NCBI GenBank assembly: GCA_002269645.1
Contig: NIVC01003361.1
Coordinates: 1-64,000 of the forward strand
Reading direction: 5' to 3'
Length of the DNA: 64,000 bases
Source of the DNA: Macrostomum lignano
Lineage: Eukaryota
Made by a program: the position numbers and the translations under genes. Below the pieces are notes generated by a model. It saw only the letters and a list, made by a program, of their open reading frames with translations. It was not told where the DNA came from and ran no database searches. The number at the start of each line of letters is the position of its first letter. Within the stretch, counting starts at the first letter, position 1. Positions 11,889 to 25,468 of the stretch are shown here, piece by piece.

Positions 11889-12878
11889 ATGAGCAGCCTA
11901 CATGTAAATGATCAGAACGTCACCGACTCCGAGGAGGTGAATCAAACAAAGCTCAAAGTCGCTGACATCGTCTTTCTCATCACCGGAATGTGCATCGGAG
12001 TTTGTGGAAACCTGCTAACAGTTCTCTCCCTGATGCGATTCAAGCACCTCAAGTCGGCCACGAACATCCTGATTGTGAACATCGGCATGGCCGACCTGCT
12101 CGTGTGCTCATACTCGATCCCGACTATCCTGGCGAACCGCATCGCCGAGAACAATGTCTTTCACGACGTCATTTGTCGCGTGAACGCGTACGCGCTGTTC
12201 TCGGCCGCTGGAGTGTCCAACTTCAGCTTCACGCTGATCGCTGTAGCTCGGAACCTGTGCGTCATGCACCGAGTCGCGTACCAGAGGCACTTCACGGACT
12301 GCAGGGTGATTGCATACTGCGTAGCCTGCTGGGTGTTTTGGTTTCTCATCAGCAGCTTTTTCTGGTGGCAGAGAGGATTCGGATACATTCCCGAGGCGTT
12401 CATCTGCTTCTACTACGACAATGACTCGCCGTTTGCACTGAGCCTACTGCTCACTTTGCTGGGAGTCGCGGTTCCGTCAATGCTGGCCGCCAGTTGCTAC
12501 ATCAGCCTGTTCTACAAGCTGTTCCGGATTCGTAAGGAGGTCGAGAACTCTTTGGCGAATACAAATGACGACAGATGTGTCAACAAGGAGTGGAAGGCTC
12601 TTGCTCCAGTGCTGACCGCTTTCATTGTGTTCAACTTGTGCTGGGGTCCCTACAGCATCCACGTGTACATTGATAAGTTCATCGACCACGTAGGAAGAAT
12701 TCCGCACAAGGTGATCACGTGGCTCGCCGTGTTCAATTCGACGCTGAACCCGATCATCTACGGCGTGCTGAATCCGAGCATTCGACGCAGCTACCTGCAC
12801 CTGATTCGCGCTGCCTTTGCTTGCCGCGCCTGCAAGCGACCTGCCGCGGTGGCGCCGATCGAGATCTGTCATTTTTAA
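11889..12878 (+). CDS. Intronless class A GPCR, melatonin/Tre1-like, paralog B (329 aa)
   Basis: Same 7TM motifs as paralog A (MADL, ARNLC, CWGP, NPIIY); intact ORF. Confidence 0.9.
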   Translation: MSSLHVNDQNVTDSEEVNQTKLKVADIVFLITGMCIGVCGNLLTVLSLMRFKHLKSATNILIVNIGMADLLVCSYSIPTILANRIAENNVFHDVICRVNAYALFSAAGVSNFSFTLIAVARNLCVMHRVAYQRHFTDCRVIAYCVACWVFWFLISSFFWWQRGFGYIPEAFICFYYDNDSPFALSLLLTLLGVAVPSMLAASCYISLFYKLFRIRKEVENSLANTNDDRCVNKEWKALAPVLTAFIVFNLCWGPYSIHVYIDKFIDHVGRIPHKVITWLAVFNSTLNPIIYGVLNPSIRRSYLHLIRAAFACRACKRPAAVAPIEICHF

Positions 12879-14054
12879 CTAAATTTGCTGAGATATCTTT
12901 TGCTCGGATATCTTTTGATTATTGAGCATTGAGCTTTTTAAAAAAAGTCACTAAGCATTATTTCTGGTTCACATCGTTCACAGACTTAACTAACAAATGT
13001 CGTGTTTTGCTTTTTTGTTTCAGTGCAAGGGCACCCTGTCCTCCAGTCGTTGTGTGACTGAAGCTGTATGCACCCGACTGTGACTTGTCGTGTGGCTTAA
13101 GCTTTAGCTGGTAGTGATTCATCCCTCCTACCTTTGTTATCATTATTTCCGTGCCGTAAATTGCCTGGCGCCAGTCACGCCTTTTGTGTACTATTTTTTG
13201 TTTACTGCGTTCTGATTGGCTCGGTCTGGCGGCGGGCTCGGTGCCCCCCCCCGGGTGGTGGGTTGGAGGGCTAGTGGCCTCGGCTGTTTAGCTAATCGCG
13301 CCTGGCCGTTGGGCGGGGTGTCGTGTTTTTTCGTTTGTGTTTTCTTTTAATTTGCCCTCCTCTCTAGCTGGAAAGACGCGGGGACCTAGACGGTCACTGA
13401 GAAGTCTCAATATGCTCGTAGTGCGATATACGCACACTAAGACACTGAATAAATAATCGCTACAGGCATTCAATGCAAAGAATGACGTGGCAAGCGTTAA
13501 ATCGTGATTTCTGTTAATTTTTTCTTTAAAAAGGGAAATCGCTCTCGATCGATTATAAAAAAAGACGCTGTCTGACCTGCACTTGAGCATGCAGCAATCG
13601 AATTTTACAAGCATTGTAATCTTTGTTAAAATGATTTCTAAAAGATTAAAATCTTTAACCGAAAAAGATTAAAAGAGACTGATTATTGAAGCTGCAGCTG
13701 CTATCTCAGTCCGTTAAGTAATTATCGAAAAGCGTGATCAACACGGAACTCATCAAAATTACAGCAACACAGCAACTCACGCACTGAGTTTAGAAGTTTA
13801 ATCAAATTAAAAATCTAAAAACCCACTACCAACGAAAGATCTAGCGGCATGTATAGCGCAAAAATTCAAAAAATATTCGCAACGAAATTTCGGACATTTT
13901 AAGTGCATTGATGTTTCATCTCGCTGTGGACTGAAATTACTCCAATCCGAAAGGAAAATCCTTTGGTAATCCATTGGGATTTCAAGTCGTCTTAGGAGGG
14001 GAAAGGGAGGCTCCTTGTTTAAAAATTTCTTTTGATGAAATCATTTCAAATAGA

Positions 14055-16275
14055 TGATGTAACCGCCCTTGTCGCCTGTCCGCTCCTACTGAGAGACGAA
14101 CGCTTGGCTAGAGGGGGCGATGACCGTAGGCTGCCTATGACCGGGCAATGACCTGACGGACCTCCAGCACCAGACTGTCCCGCCCACATGATTAGTAGCT
14201 TTGGTAGCGCTTCGTGACCAGAGGGCCAAGGACCCACATGGACCCCACCTGTAGCCAAGGTGCAATAGTTGGTCACTCGTCATGGTATGACCGAGTGGCT
14301 GCCACCACTCTATGTGACCTGGCGCACCTGGATCTTTCTACCAGACCTCTCGAGGCTAGAGCCCCGCCTGGATTGGTTACCAGGGATTTAGGCTAACAGG
14401 GGAGACGCATGCAGCCGAGTACAGGGACTCTGCTTGGGGCATGATCGGGAACTCTGGGCTCAATCCTGGAGGATTTCTCAGCAGGGGATCCTTTGTGGCT
14501 GTGAGCGAGGCTAACTTGCGACTTTGATTACTAAGAGTAGTATGAGGCGAACATGTACTGTCTCTAGTTTAGATTGCTCAGGGCGAAGGGACGCGTTAGC
14601 ATGGGGTTGCAACCTTCCTACTGCCATTCTGTGCCAAGACTCGCTAATCCCTCTACTGCACGCACACGCGGCCCCGCAGCACGCACTCACAGGCGGGCTT
14701 TGCACGGGGAGAGGCCATTAGCTTACCCAAACTTCCTTATGCTTTGCCACCCCGGGAGAAAGGCTTAGCAAGCCATGAGCTAAATGATGGCGAAGGATTG
14801 AATAATGATGAAGTTAGTTAATAGTTAATAATTAGGCCCTTAGGCGAATAATCAGGCAATTAGGCGGCTTCACTATTGAGTAAAATACAGCAAAAGATAC
14901 GGTATCACAATTGGCTCAGTTCTCTAATCAGACAATGGAAAATAGGCAAACCCCGGATAAGCAAAGGCAATTAGAGCACAAATTAGTAACAGGAACTTAC
15001 CGGCAGCTGCACAGAGAGAGAGAGAGAGAGAGGCGGAGTGACCGAGGGCGGCTGTAGGCTGCAGTCAGGCAGATGGTGAAGCGGCGATGCGCTGAGGCGA
15101 CGAGGCGCTGGTGTAGATCAGGCGGAGCTGATGATGCTGGGCGGTGTCAGACCGCGGGCCGATAGGCGAGCTCACTTGGGGAGCTGAAGATAACTTAGCG
15201 GTAGCGGACCGCGGACCGGCAGGGATTCGTCTTATAGACGAATGGGTCAGAACTCAATCTGACAGCAAGTCCAAAGAAGGACGAGGAGAGGCAAAGGTGG
15301 AAGAGCTTGAGGATTCTCATGCCGAAATCGCTTCCTTTTATAGACCTCACAGCCGCCTCCTCAAGGTCGTTACCATGGCTCCCTCTCTCTGATTGGCTGC
15401 CGGCAGAATGACGTCAGAATGAGTCATGATGAGAAGCATGAGACCGGCATAGCAACATGAGACATAGGGAAATTGCGCAATCCGGAGGTGGGGTGGGGGG
15501 AAAATTGGCGCAGCGGGTGGTTGCGAAAGTGTTGCGCAAGCAAACATTGAGAACAATAGGGCTGGGGTCGAGAACAAAGGAATTGGAAAACGGGGAGATT
15601 TGGGGAGAACTGAGAACAATGGAAAAGTAAACATTGGGGAAAAGGTGATAATTAGGTGCGAAAACGAGAACAAAAGAAAGAGAAAATCGGAGAAAATGTG
15701 ATAATTGGTGGGGGTCGAGAGAACAAAAGAATCAAAAACGAGAACAATAGAAGCGGAGGTGGGGTGGGTGTCGCATGAGAAATTTTGGGAGGAGAACAAT
15801 GGCATGAGAAAAGGTTGCGCAAGAGAGGGGGGTGAGTCATCGATGAGTCATCGGGGGGAAGAAGGGGTCACACGACTTGCGTCACCGTTTGGGAGTTTGG
15901 GAAAGGATGGGAGGACGGTGAGCACACAACATACTGTAAGTAGACGTAGAGAAAGAGGGGACAGCGCAAGAAAAGAGTGCAGAGAGAGACAAAAAGAGGG
16001 GGGATAGGGGAAGTACCAGAAGAATAGGGTGGAGTGCAGGGGAGATAAGGTAGAGGGGAGGGTACAGAGAGGGACAGGGAGCTCCGGAAAGGCAGGTGTG
16101 GCGGCAGGGGAGACGGAACCAAGGCAGCAGGGGGGTGCAGCAGAGCGGGAGTCTCCAGGCCTGGTCGGAAACCTGGCCGAGTCTCGACGGCTCTGTGCAG
16201 GGGGGTACACGGGATAGGAGGCACTTACGAAAAAGTTCCCATGCCCTATCCCGCGACCAGAGCGTGGTTACATCA
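14055..16275 (-). mobile_element. Solo LTR family B (2221 bp) with 10-bp inverted termini and 4-bp TSD TAGA
   Basis: Begins TGATGTAACC, ends GGTTACATCA; TAGA at 14051-14054 and 16276-16279; internal CRE/CCAAT/TATA promoter cluster on minus; no transposase, RT or integrase ORF. Confidence 0.75.
15334..15416 (-). promoter_or_regulatory. LTR U3-type promoter: CRE palindrome, CCAAT box, TATA box
   Basis: TGACGTCA 15409-15416; CAGCCAATCAG on minus 15389-15399; CTATAAAAGG on minus 15334-15343, in canonical order and spacing. Confidence 0.6.
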
Positions 16276-17340
<1,065 letters not shown>

Positions 17341-18450
17341 TCCAGTCCAGTTGCTATTTGCACAAATGGAAGGAAGCAAGAACAAGAAGACAAATAGCTA
17401 TTAACGTGGCAAAAAGCATTTTTGCGCGCGTGAAGCAAGTTGAAAGTAGAATAGGACGCAATTTAGTGGTTTTTGTATCTAATTTTGAACATTAACTATG
17501 AGCTAAAATATAATGAATTATTTTCCTTGTTGCAGTCTTTCTATGCCCTGCCAACCTACCCGAACAGGTTACGAGCCTGCACCTGTTTGTCTTTAGCTGT
17601 CTCTTGATATAGCCATAATTGGGGTTCTGTGATCTTTTTTCAAAACATTAATTGGCTGTAACGCAGCCACTTTAAGCTAGCAAAGCTGCCTGCTACGAGG
17701 AAGCGTCTGCAGGGTGTTCAGGTAGTAGCGGATTTGTTTGACGTCAGTTTTAAAGTTTTCAGACGTCGCGACTCTACTGCACATCATTTGCCCCTGCAGA
17801 AAATAACCTGCCAGAAATATCTAAATCGACTTATAAATCGTAAAGTCTCCCGATGCGTATATACGAGTATCTAGACAGCATTCGCTCCCTCACAAAGCTG
17901 CTCAATGATTGGCTGCTCTGAAGAGAATAAAAAGCTTTTCCATAGCGGAGACAAACCGAGTGTTCGTTCCTCGCTTTCAGCCTCAAGCGGTCTGTTTTCG
18001 TCAATATTTCGAGTTTTACGACTTCAGTGCTTGCTTCAGGAATAAAATCGATTTAGCACACAAAATTTTGAAACTACCAAACAAGACCTGCAATATAAAC
18101 ACTGAGAAGGTAAGATATTCCCATTAAACATAGTTTCTATACCAGTGTCAAATATTGACTTGAAGGCTTTCGACTACAGATTTACCAATAGTGTAGCATG
18201 CAGCTAATAAAGCTTGTTCATTATTATCGACACTCTGAAAGCTCTTGACACAAAATATGTTTTAGAAACCCACTTACATTGTACTTTATGCTAAGTCTCC
18301 AATAGAACAGAATCACTCATGCATACCAGATAGGTATTTCTGTCAGCCATTTCTTTGTTAAACTGAATAAAAAAGTAATAAAACTATAACGTTTTCAGAC
18401 ACAATTGTCAAAAAATCGGTTGGAACTCAAGGACTTCAGAGAATTGGTAG

Positions 18451-19476
18451 ATGGATGACGGCAAGAACTGTACATTTTTTTATTTTTCAAACGACAATAA
18501 CACTGAACTAGTGGACGCCGATCCACCGGAGCTCAAAGTCGCTGACATCGCCTTTCTTATCGCGGGAATGTGCGTTGGAGTTTGTGGAAACCTGCTCACG
18601 ATCCTCTCCGTGACGCGATTCAAGCAGCTCAAGTCGGCCACGAACATCCTGGTTGTGAACATCGGCATGGCCGACCTGCTCGTGTGCTCATACTCGATCC
18701 CGACTATACTGGCGAACCGCATCGCCGAGAACAATGTCTTTCACGACGTCATTTGTCGCGTGAACGCGTACGCGCTGTTCTCGGCCGCCGGAGTGTCCAA
18801 CTTCAGCTTCACGCTGATCGCAGTAGCTCGGAACCTGTGCGTCATGCACCGAGTCGCGTACCAGAGGCACTTCACGGACTGCAGGGTGATTGCATACTGC
18901 GTAGCCTGCTGGGTGTTTTGGTTTCTCATCAGCGGCTTTTTCTGGTGGCAGGGTGGCTTTGGCTTCATTCCTGAAGTATTCATCTGCTTCTATTACGATG
19001 ACGAAGCTCCTTTTGCATTGAGCTTTCTGCTCACTTTAGTTGGCGTAGCAGTGCCATCATTGGTGGCCGCCTGTTGCTACATCAGCCTGTTCTACAAGCT
19101 GTTTCAGATTCGCAAAGCGGCTGAGGACTCATTGTCTGGAGACACGGCAGATGGCACATCTGTCAGCAAGGAATGGAAGGCTCTTGCTCCTGTGCTGACT
19201 GCTTTTATCATCTTTAACTTGTGCTGGGGTCCCTACAGCATCCATGTGTACATCGACAAGTTCTTAGCTCCTATAGGAAGAATTCCCCACAAGGTGATCA
19301 CGTGGCTCGCCGTCTTCAATTCAACTCTGAATCCGATCATCTACGGCGTGCTGAACTCAAACTTTCGACGCAGCTACCTGCGCCTGATTCGCGCTGCCTT
19401 CGCTTGCCGCACCTGCAAACGGTCTGCCGCCGTGGCGCCGTCTGAAACTCGCGATTGGTCAACGGTACCGACGTGA
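18451..19476 (+). CDS. Intronless class A GPCR, melatonin/Tre1-like, paralog C (341 aa)
   Basis: Same 7TM motifs as paralogs A and B; intact ORF; ECL2/TM5 more diverged. Confidence 0.9.
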   Translation: MDDGKNCTFFYFSNDNNTELVDADPPELKVADIAFLIAGMCVGVCGNLLTILSVTRFKQLKSATNILVVNIGMADLLVCSYSIPTILANRIAENNVFHDVICRVNAYALFSAAGVSNFSFTLIAVARNLCVMHRVAYQRHFTDCRVIAYCVACWVFWFLISGFFWWQGGFGFIPEVFICFYYDDEAPFALSFLLTLVGVAVPSLVAACCYISLFYKLFQIRKAAEDSLSGDTADGTSVSKEWKALAPVLTAFIIFNLCWGPYSIHVYIDKFLAPIGRIPHKVITWLAVFNSTLNPIIYGVLNSNFRRSYLRLIRAAFACRTCKRSAAVAPSETRDWSTVPT

Positions 19477-20383
19477 AGAGTCAGGTTTTGATCACTCTGT
19501 ACTTTGTTGCTATGACAATCGTGGATTTAGTTAGCATTCCAAATATATTCGAATGTTGTACTCACATACAAAGCGTTTAGCAACGTTCTGTTGATGCCGC
19601 TTTTTGAGTGAAATGCATATTATTTTTTCCGTTAAATACCACTTCAGCAATTTCTTTTACCACTTTAACACCTATTGCTTGTGCTTCTGTAAGATACTGG
19701 TTCTGCGGATTTGATATTTTCTACCAACATGTACACTCAGCAACCACCTTCTTGCATAGAACATCTTTTTGGGGTTCTTTTTTAGGTGCATCAATGCGTT
19801 TCCAAGATAAATATGTCAAAATTCCGTGAAAGTTATTGTTTTAGACAGTGCACTAGATAGTGAACCTACATTTTATGTAGCTTAAAATATATTTTTTGGT
19901 ATTTACATTGGCTAGCTTGCTTTAAAAACCAAAACCTTCAAACGACGCAGGGCTGAGTTTTTCTCGATCAGAGAACGACCTGCTTGCTTCAATTCATCCC
20001 AGCTGAATTTTTAATGTTTATCGTTTTGTTTTAACCAAGTTGAACTTTATTTCTGTGAGTTTGAATTTTACGAAGCATTTGTCGCAAATGGACAAAGTTC
20101 CACGTCAAATTAATTTCCAATCTTCATTCAAGCATGCACTGAAAAAGACAAACTCGCTCTGTTTACGAGCAAAAAAGATCTTCAACAGTCAAGCTAAGTC
20201 TGCTTCTTCAGTACTTTTTAACCTCATCTTACTTATTTGTTTTCTCAAAAGCATCAATTGCACTTGAATGTCATGGCTACTAAATTTATTTGTCTCCATT
20301 ATTCGCTGGCCGATATGCAAATCTTGAAACATTATGTAGTATAGTCAGCAATCGTTTGTACGAGCTATAATTATCCATAAAAG

Positions 20384-20650
20384 TGGGTTGTACCTAGTGG
20401 TTAGATCGTTGGACTCTCGACCGAAATGTCGGGGGTTCGACTCTCGACCCAATCCGGACAATTTGTGTCTTTGAGCAAAGACACTTAAATCTGCATTGCT
20501 TCAGTTCACCCAGCTGTAAAATGAATGCCATGCAGCATTAGCTGGGGTAATTGAGGCGGTGTGTGGCGACCCCCCAGTCCTTGGACTGAACAGCCGTACG
20601 CAGCCTTCAGATGCGCCGCGCAATTAGGCAAGAAAAGTGGGTTGAATCAA
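20384..20650 (+). mobile_element. tRNA-derived CORE-type SINE, copy 1
   Basis: Box A (TACCTAGTGGTT), box B (GGGTTCGACTC), then TGTGTCTTTGAGCAAAGACACTTAA...CAGTTCACCCAGCTGTAAAATG, resembling the MIR/CORE domain; second copy at 22489. Confidence 0.75.
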
Positions 20651-20701
20651 TTATAATTAATATTTTATGAGTTATTATTCTTATATTATTATTGTCATTG
20701 T

Positions 20702-21826
20702 TGTGGTGTGAGCATCTTTTGTGTAGTTTGCATTTTATTAGTTAGTTTCCATATTGTTAATTATTATTTTGCTTATTTGGTCACGCATTTCAATGTACTT
20801 TTTTTCTCTTAGTTTAGAGTTTGTTTTGCGTAAGCAGGTTAGAAGTTAGACGCCAGTTCTGTGACTCAGCGGAGGGTTGAGTTTCCTGCGTACCCCAAGC
20901 TTTGCGCGGCCAGCCAATCAAGATCGGCCTGGACCCTGGCACGCGGCAAAATCCAAGTCTACCCGGCGCCGCGGGCCCAATGCGAGTCGGCTTAGCGAGC
21001 GGCCGGCCAAACACCCACCACCCTGCTTGAGGGGGGTTTTGAGGGGCTTGAAAGTGACTACAAATGAAAGTGTGTTTGGCGGTCGGATCTCAGAGGGCCG
21101 TTTTGCCCTCTGTTTTCGCGCTTCGAGGCGCTTGTTCTGCTCGACACCCCCGGTCCGTGCTTTATTCCCTCGCCCAACCGCACCAGTCTTGTGACGTAAC
21201 GCCTACGGCAACCCTGTCTGAAGGCGTCGTTATCAAATGCGGTTTAGATAGAGACAGGCGGATTTGACAAAGTACGTGGCCTCGACCCCGAGGACCTCAG
21301 TGTCGCACTGAAGGGCAGCGCTGGTAGAACTTAGCCAGAGCTCCGCTGAACTGTCAATTCGTCAGGGCTCTCGTTTGAGAGTAGGTTCTGGGTTAGGCCA
21401 GTGTTTAGGAGTCTTTCTCCGTGGTCCTGTTCGGTCTTTCTTCTTCTTTAAAGCTGAGATCCGCTCGCCAGTTGCTTAACTAATTAATTATCGTTATTGT
21501 TATCGTTATTATCTGTGCTCGAATTTATCTGCGTCGCGAGTTTGCGTATTCAGTTGTAATTGATTTGAATTAACTAAATTAAAGCGTCTAAGTCAATTAC
21601 TAGCCATTCTTGAACTAGGATTATCACTCTCTAAATCTGCTTGAATCGTTTTCACCCGTGTTTCTTCTTTACTTGTACCGTACCTGCAACTATCGGAGAA
21701 AGATTGGTAGAACTCGTCGACCGGCGATAGGCAATAGGGCCAATAGTTTAAAATCTCTGAACGCTCCAAAAATAGTTTTGTCTAGGGCCTAATTTATTTG
21801 CCGTATCGCATACTGTATTTATCATA
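20702..21826 (+). mobile_element. Solo LTR family A, copy 3 (diverged) with 4-bp TSD TTGT
   Basis: Inverted homolog of 5685-6878 over its full length; TTGT at 20698-20701 and 21827-21830; the terminal CA is mutated to TA. Confidence 0.8.
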
Positions 21827-22488
21827 TTGTTGTTATTATTATTACTATTATTATTATTATTATTATTATTAACCACAAAAGTACACATCCATGCTTGTAG
21901 TTCTTACTATGCCCTAAATGTAGTTCTGTTCTACTGCAGCTTTGTTCAACCCCTCTTTTGTCTGTAAGACTATAGAAACTTCTTTCAGGGTCCATCGCAT
22001 TCAGAAGCTTTTTGTCTCCATCTCGCATCCCTCATCCGGTAAGGTATGATTCTGCAGCGACTGAATCATTTCATAGGCAATTTTGCCAGCAAATTTGTCG
22101 GTGCAAAAGTCTCGCGCATACAAGGTAAAATCATTCTGTATCTGCTCCACATCTTTCTTCTCGCGGTGCCAACCTGGATAAAGTTTCAACAATCGTTCCT
22201 GGATCGAGTTTTGATGGCTCAAAAAGTCGCGGCTCTGCAATCCAGGAGGTCAGGGCTTCGATTGGCTCAAATGTAGACAATGTAGAGATGCAATCCGATG
22301 AGGGAAAGACACTGAGCAACTGCCTATCTGCTGTCTGGGAGTTGCAGCCTGCTCAACGGTTGGCGAAATAAAAATCCCGTGACAACTCGGCGTGTAACGA
22401 TCAGGATAGTTTTATAAGCAAGCTGAGTCGCCAGGTGTTAACTGCCAATAAAAGGTCCGTTCAGCACTTAATCAATGCCCCGATCTAA

Positions 22489-22730
22489 GGTTTGTAGTCT
22501 AGTGGTTCAGAGCGTCGGACTCACGACTGAAAGGTCGGGGGTTCGATTCTCGACTCCCTTGGAACAATTTGTGTCCTTGAGCAAGACACTTAACTCTGCA
22601 TTGCTTCAGTTCACCCAGCTGTTCACCCAGCCGTACGCGGCCTTCAGATGCGCCGCGCAATGGCTGCGGCTGAGCTGCCGGTTGCTCATCTGCCCATTAG
22701 GACAGGTGTAATCAATTATTATATTATCAT
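22489..22730 (+). mobile_element. tRNA-derived CORE-type SINE, copy 2 (internal deletion)
   Basis: Box A TAGTCTAGTGGTT, box B GGGTTCGATTCTC, GTGTCCTTGAGCAAGACACTTAAC core, and GCCTTCAGATGCGCCGCGCAAT shared with copy 1. Confidence 0.75.
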
Positions 22731-24224
22731 AGTATTGATATTTTAAATTTTCGGCAGTTCTGGGACAAGTCGCTTTAATCAATTGACTTTTACCTTTTTC
22801 TGGGCTGCATTTTTGCCAATTAAATTTTTGCTTTGCTTCTGCAAGCTAAGAATGGATGTCGACAATCAGCTTTCTAATAGCTGGCTACAATAGGGTAGGT
22901 AATTAATCACAGAAAAAAATGTTTTCTGAACTCCTAATGAGACTGATGTTTGTTTGATTTTGTCTGAGCTAGAAATCAGAATTATACAAGGATACAAGGC
23001 TTAATTATACAAGGATTTAGGTCTGAATCAGTTGTTTAGGTGTAACTAATAACCTGTGGTTTTATCATACTTCCTGCTATTTGTCGAAAACATTGCCATG
23101 GTTATTAGCTCTTTCAAAGCGATCCCCCCGTTGCACATTAAAAGAGAAGCGATTTGAGTGCTCGAACGACCCGCCAGGCCAGGCATATCGATTGTCAAAA
23201 GAGATTTTTTACCTATAATGATCGAGAGTTCATGTTCATCGCCTGAGTTGGCGCTTGGGGACGAGCTTGACTAAACGGACTTCGATCAGCTGAAGCAGAT
23301 TTCGTGAGGCCTCTGCAGTGGCTGCCTTGGCCTCTGCACGGTGCTTGCCTAGTCTTGAACTCTAAAGAGGAGACATCGTTTACTTAGAAGTACTGAGTCT
23401 AAAGAACGGAGAGGAGCTGCTCAATATACCATTTTTTTTTCAGGCGTATCTTTCTAAACAGACAGCTTCGTCGGACGTGTCTTTCCTGCTGGCAAACTTT
23501 GAAACAATGGAATTTTCGTGTTCCTGCCCTCACTGGTGACTTACGTTGTACGTGTAAATTGTTGGTTGCTCAAGCTATAGAGACTTTGTTTCTATAGGTG
23601 TGAAGCTTTGCATTTTTATGCTTGTCAAGCAACAGTAGAACACAACAATTCTAGTGTAGTATATCGGAGGTCGGTTCGGGTCCTTCTGTCACATAGTAGA
23701 GCCTGGGTCCTGGGACGCGCAGTGGACCTTCTATTTATGAGTACGGTTACGAGTATGGTTGCTGTAGCTTGAATATCTCAGGAGTAGGGACGCGCTGACC
23801 AACCCAGCCAATCAGCTGATAGGCTGCACCAAGGGGGGGGGAGAAAAAAAGGCGAAATATGACGGGACAAGTGACCTTCTTGAGTGACTTATTCAGTAGC
23901 TACCTTCAAGATGATGAAAATTTTCTGAGACTAGTGCAATCAAAAGTCCTGACAATTAAGCAGAACATCTCTGCTTTTGCTGTTGTAGGGTTAATTATGA
24001 CAGACCCACATCGGTTTAACAAAATTCGTAAAATTTGCTGAGTAGACAATGATCAGTGCCCATAATTTCGTTCCATTAAAAGTTCAAAATCTGCAACGAC
24101 GCATGAGACACCTAACTGAAAGCTACAGTCAAGATCAAAAGTCGTAATCATGAACTGATGGCACAGGACTTTAAATATACGTGTTGTACTAGTTAAATAT
24201 GTCGTCAGTGCATTGGCGATAAAA

Positions 24225-24445
24225 AGCATCGCGCTTGCTTGGTCTGCCCAAGCGACCTGTTGCACCGTCGGCGACTCCAGCTTGCAGGCCACATCATCCG
24301 CGCTGAGATGTACTGCCAACAGCCGGTGCTGGAGGTGCTGCTGCTGACGCTGCAGACATCCTACCGGCGGGGGCAGGCGCGCACTCGGCGTTTCATCGAC
24401 TGCCTGCTGGCTGACGCCGGCGCCCCATTCGCGACCTGGCCTTGA
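24225..24445 (+). mobile_element. RTE-clade LINE fragment (C-terminus of the reverse-transcriptase ORF)
   Basis: Translation RRRLQLAGHIIRAEMYCQQPVLEVLLLTLQTSYRRGQARTRRFIDCLLADAG matches the RTE C-terminal pattern R.RL..GH..R...RRG.P...W/F.D. Confidence 0.7.
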
Positions 24446-25468
24446 AGCACGCCCTGTGACGCTAACTGCGTATTTTGCTGTCAGTGTATTTTGCTGTTGT
24501 TGCATTGGCGATATTAAATAAACAATGCTAAAAACCTTCCATCAACTGACTTATAGAACTCGAAAAAAATACGGAAAGTCGAAAAAGTCGACTATCTCTA
24601 CTTACATCAGTAGAAAGCTAGGACACGGATGCGTTGATGCTATTGGTGTAGCTAAAACTAAAGTCGTTTTTTGCGCGTCATCAAGGTTATTCAAGAAATT
24701 TTCTTGCGTGTAACCATTGCCATCCCCTGAGATCAAATTTCTGGCAGAGTTGGTGGCGAATACAACCACGGCCAGCTGTTTCATGCCAGCATTACAAGCG
24801 TAGCAATATATCAATAGTCGAATCAATATTTTGCGTATTGTATTCCTTTATAGTTATTTTTTGTCATAAAAGAGTTTTTTCCCGATTTCGCTCGTATTTC
24901 AATGATTAGCCAACTGCGTTTCGATGATAAGAGCTAAGAATTCTCGATTCTAACAAAAAACCGTATTGTTTTTGAAACGGAAAAATATTTGCTTCTTTGC
25001 AAACTCGGGTCTACAAAGGCAGTGTTTGAGAGATTGTGACCTACCAAAGATTATCTTGCTGAGGCGCCAAGCTTGAAAGATGATCATGTAAATGCCGTTA
25101 TCCAGGTTAACTAATCAAAGAAGCCGACCTATCAACAACGATTCTAGAAAAGCCCTACAAACTTTCGCTCGAAATGTCATCGAAAGAATTCATCTAGCTA
25201 ATATGCTAGTTTGTTGCAGGAATCTATTCCACGGAAATCATTCAGAAACCAACGGCTTAGGTTTTGCAGTGCACTGGTACTTTTTACCATTAGTACAGTG
25301 ATGCCCACAGAGACTGCAATTGCCGAATTTTGCATTCGAACCCTTCTCTTCAGTCAAGACACAAAGCGGTGCTAGCCAGCCAATAGGCGAAGACCGAGCT
25401 TCCATTCGAATTCTGTAAAGAAAATGCATAAATACGTAAAGCGAGTGAGCTTGACTTTCATTTCTAAA

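Noticed and set aside
20384-20470. Functional tRNA genes at the tRNA-like heads (20384, 22489, 45426, 46960, 51258)
   Set aside because: I could not fold a complete cloverleaf with acceptor stem and anticodon arm; each continues into a shared body, typical of SINEs.
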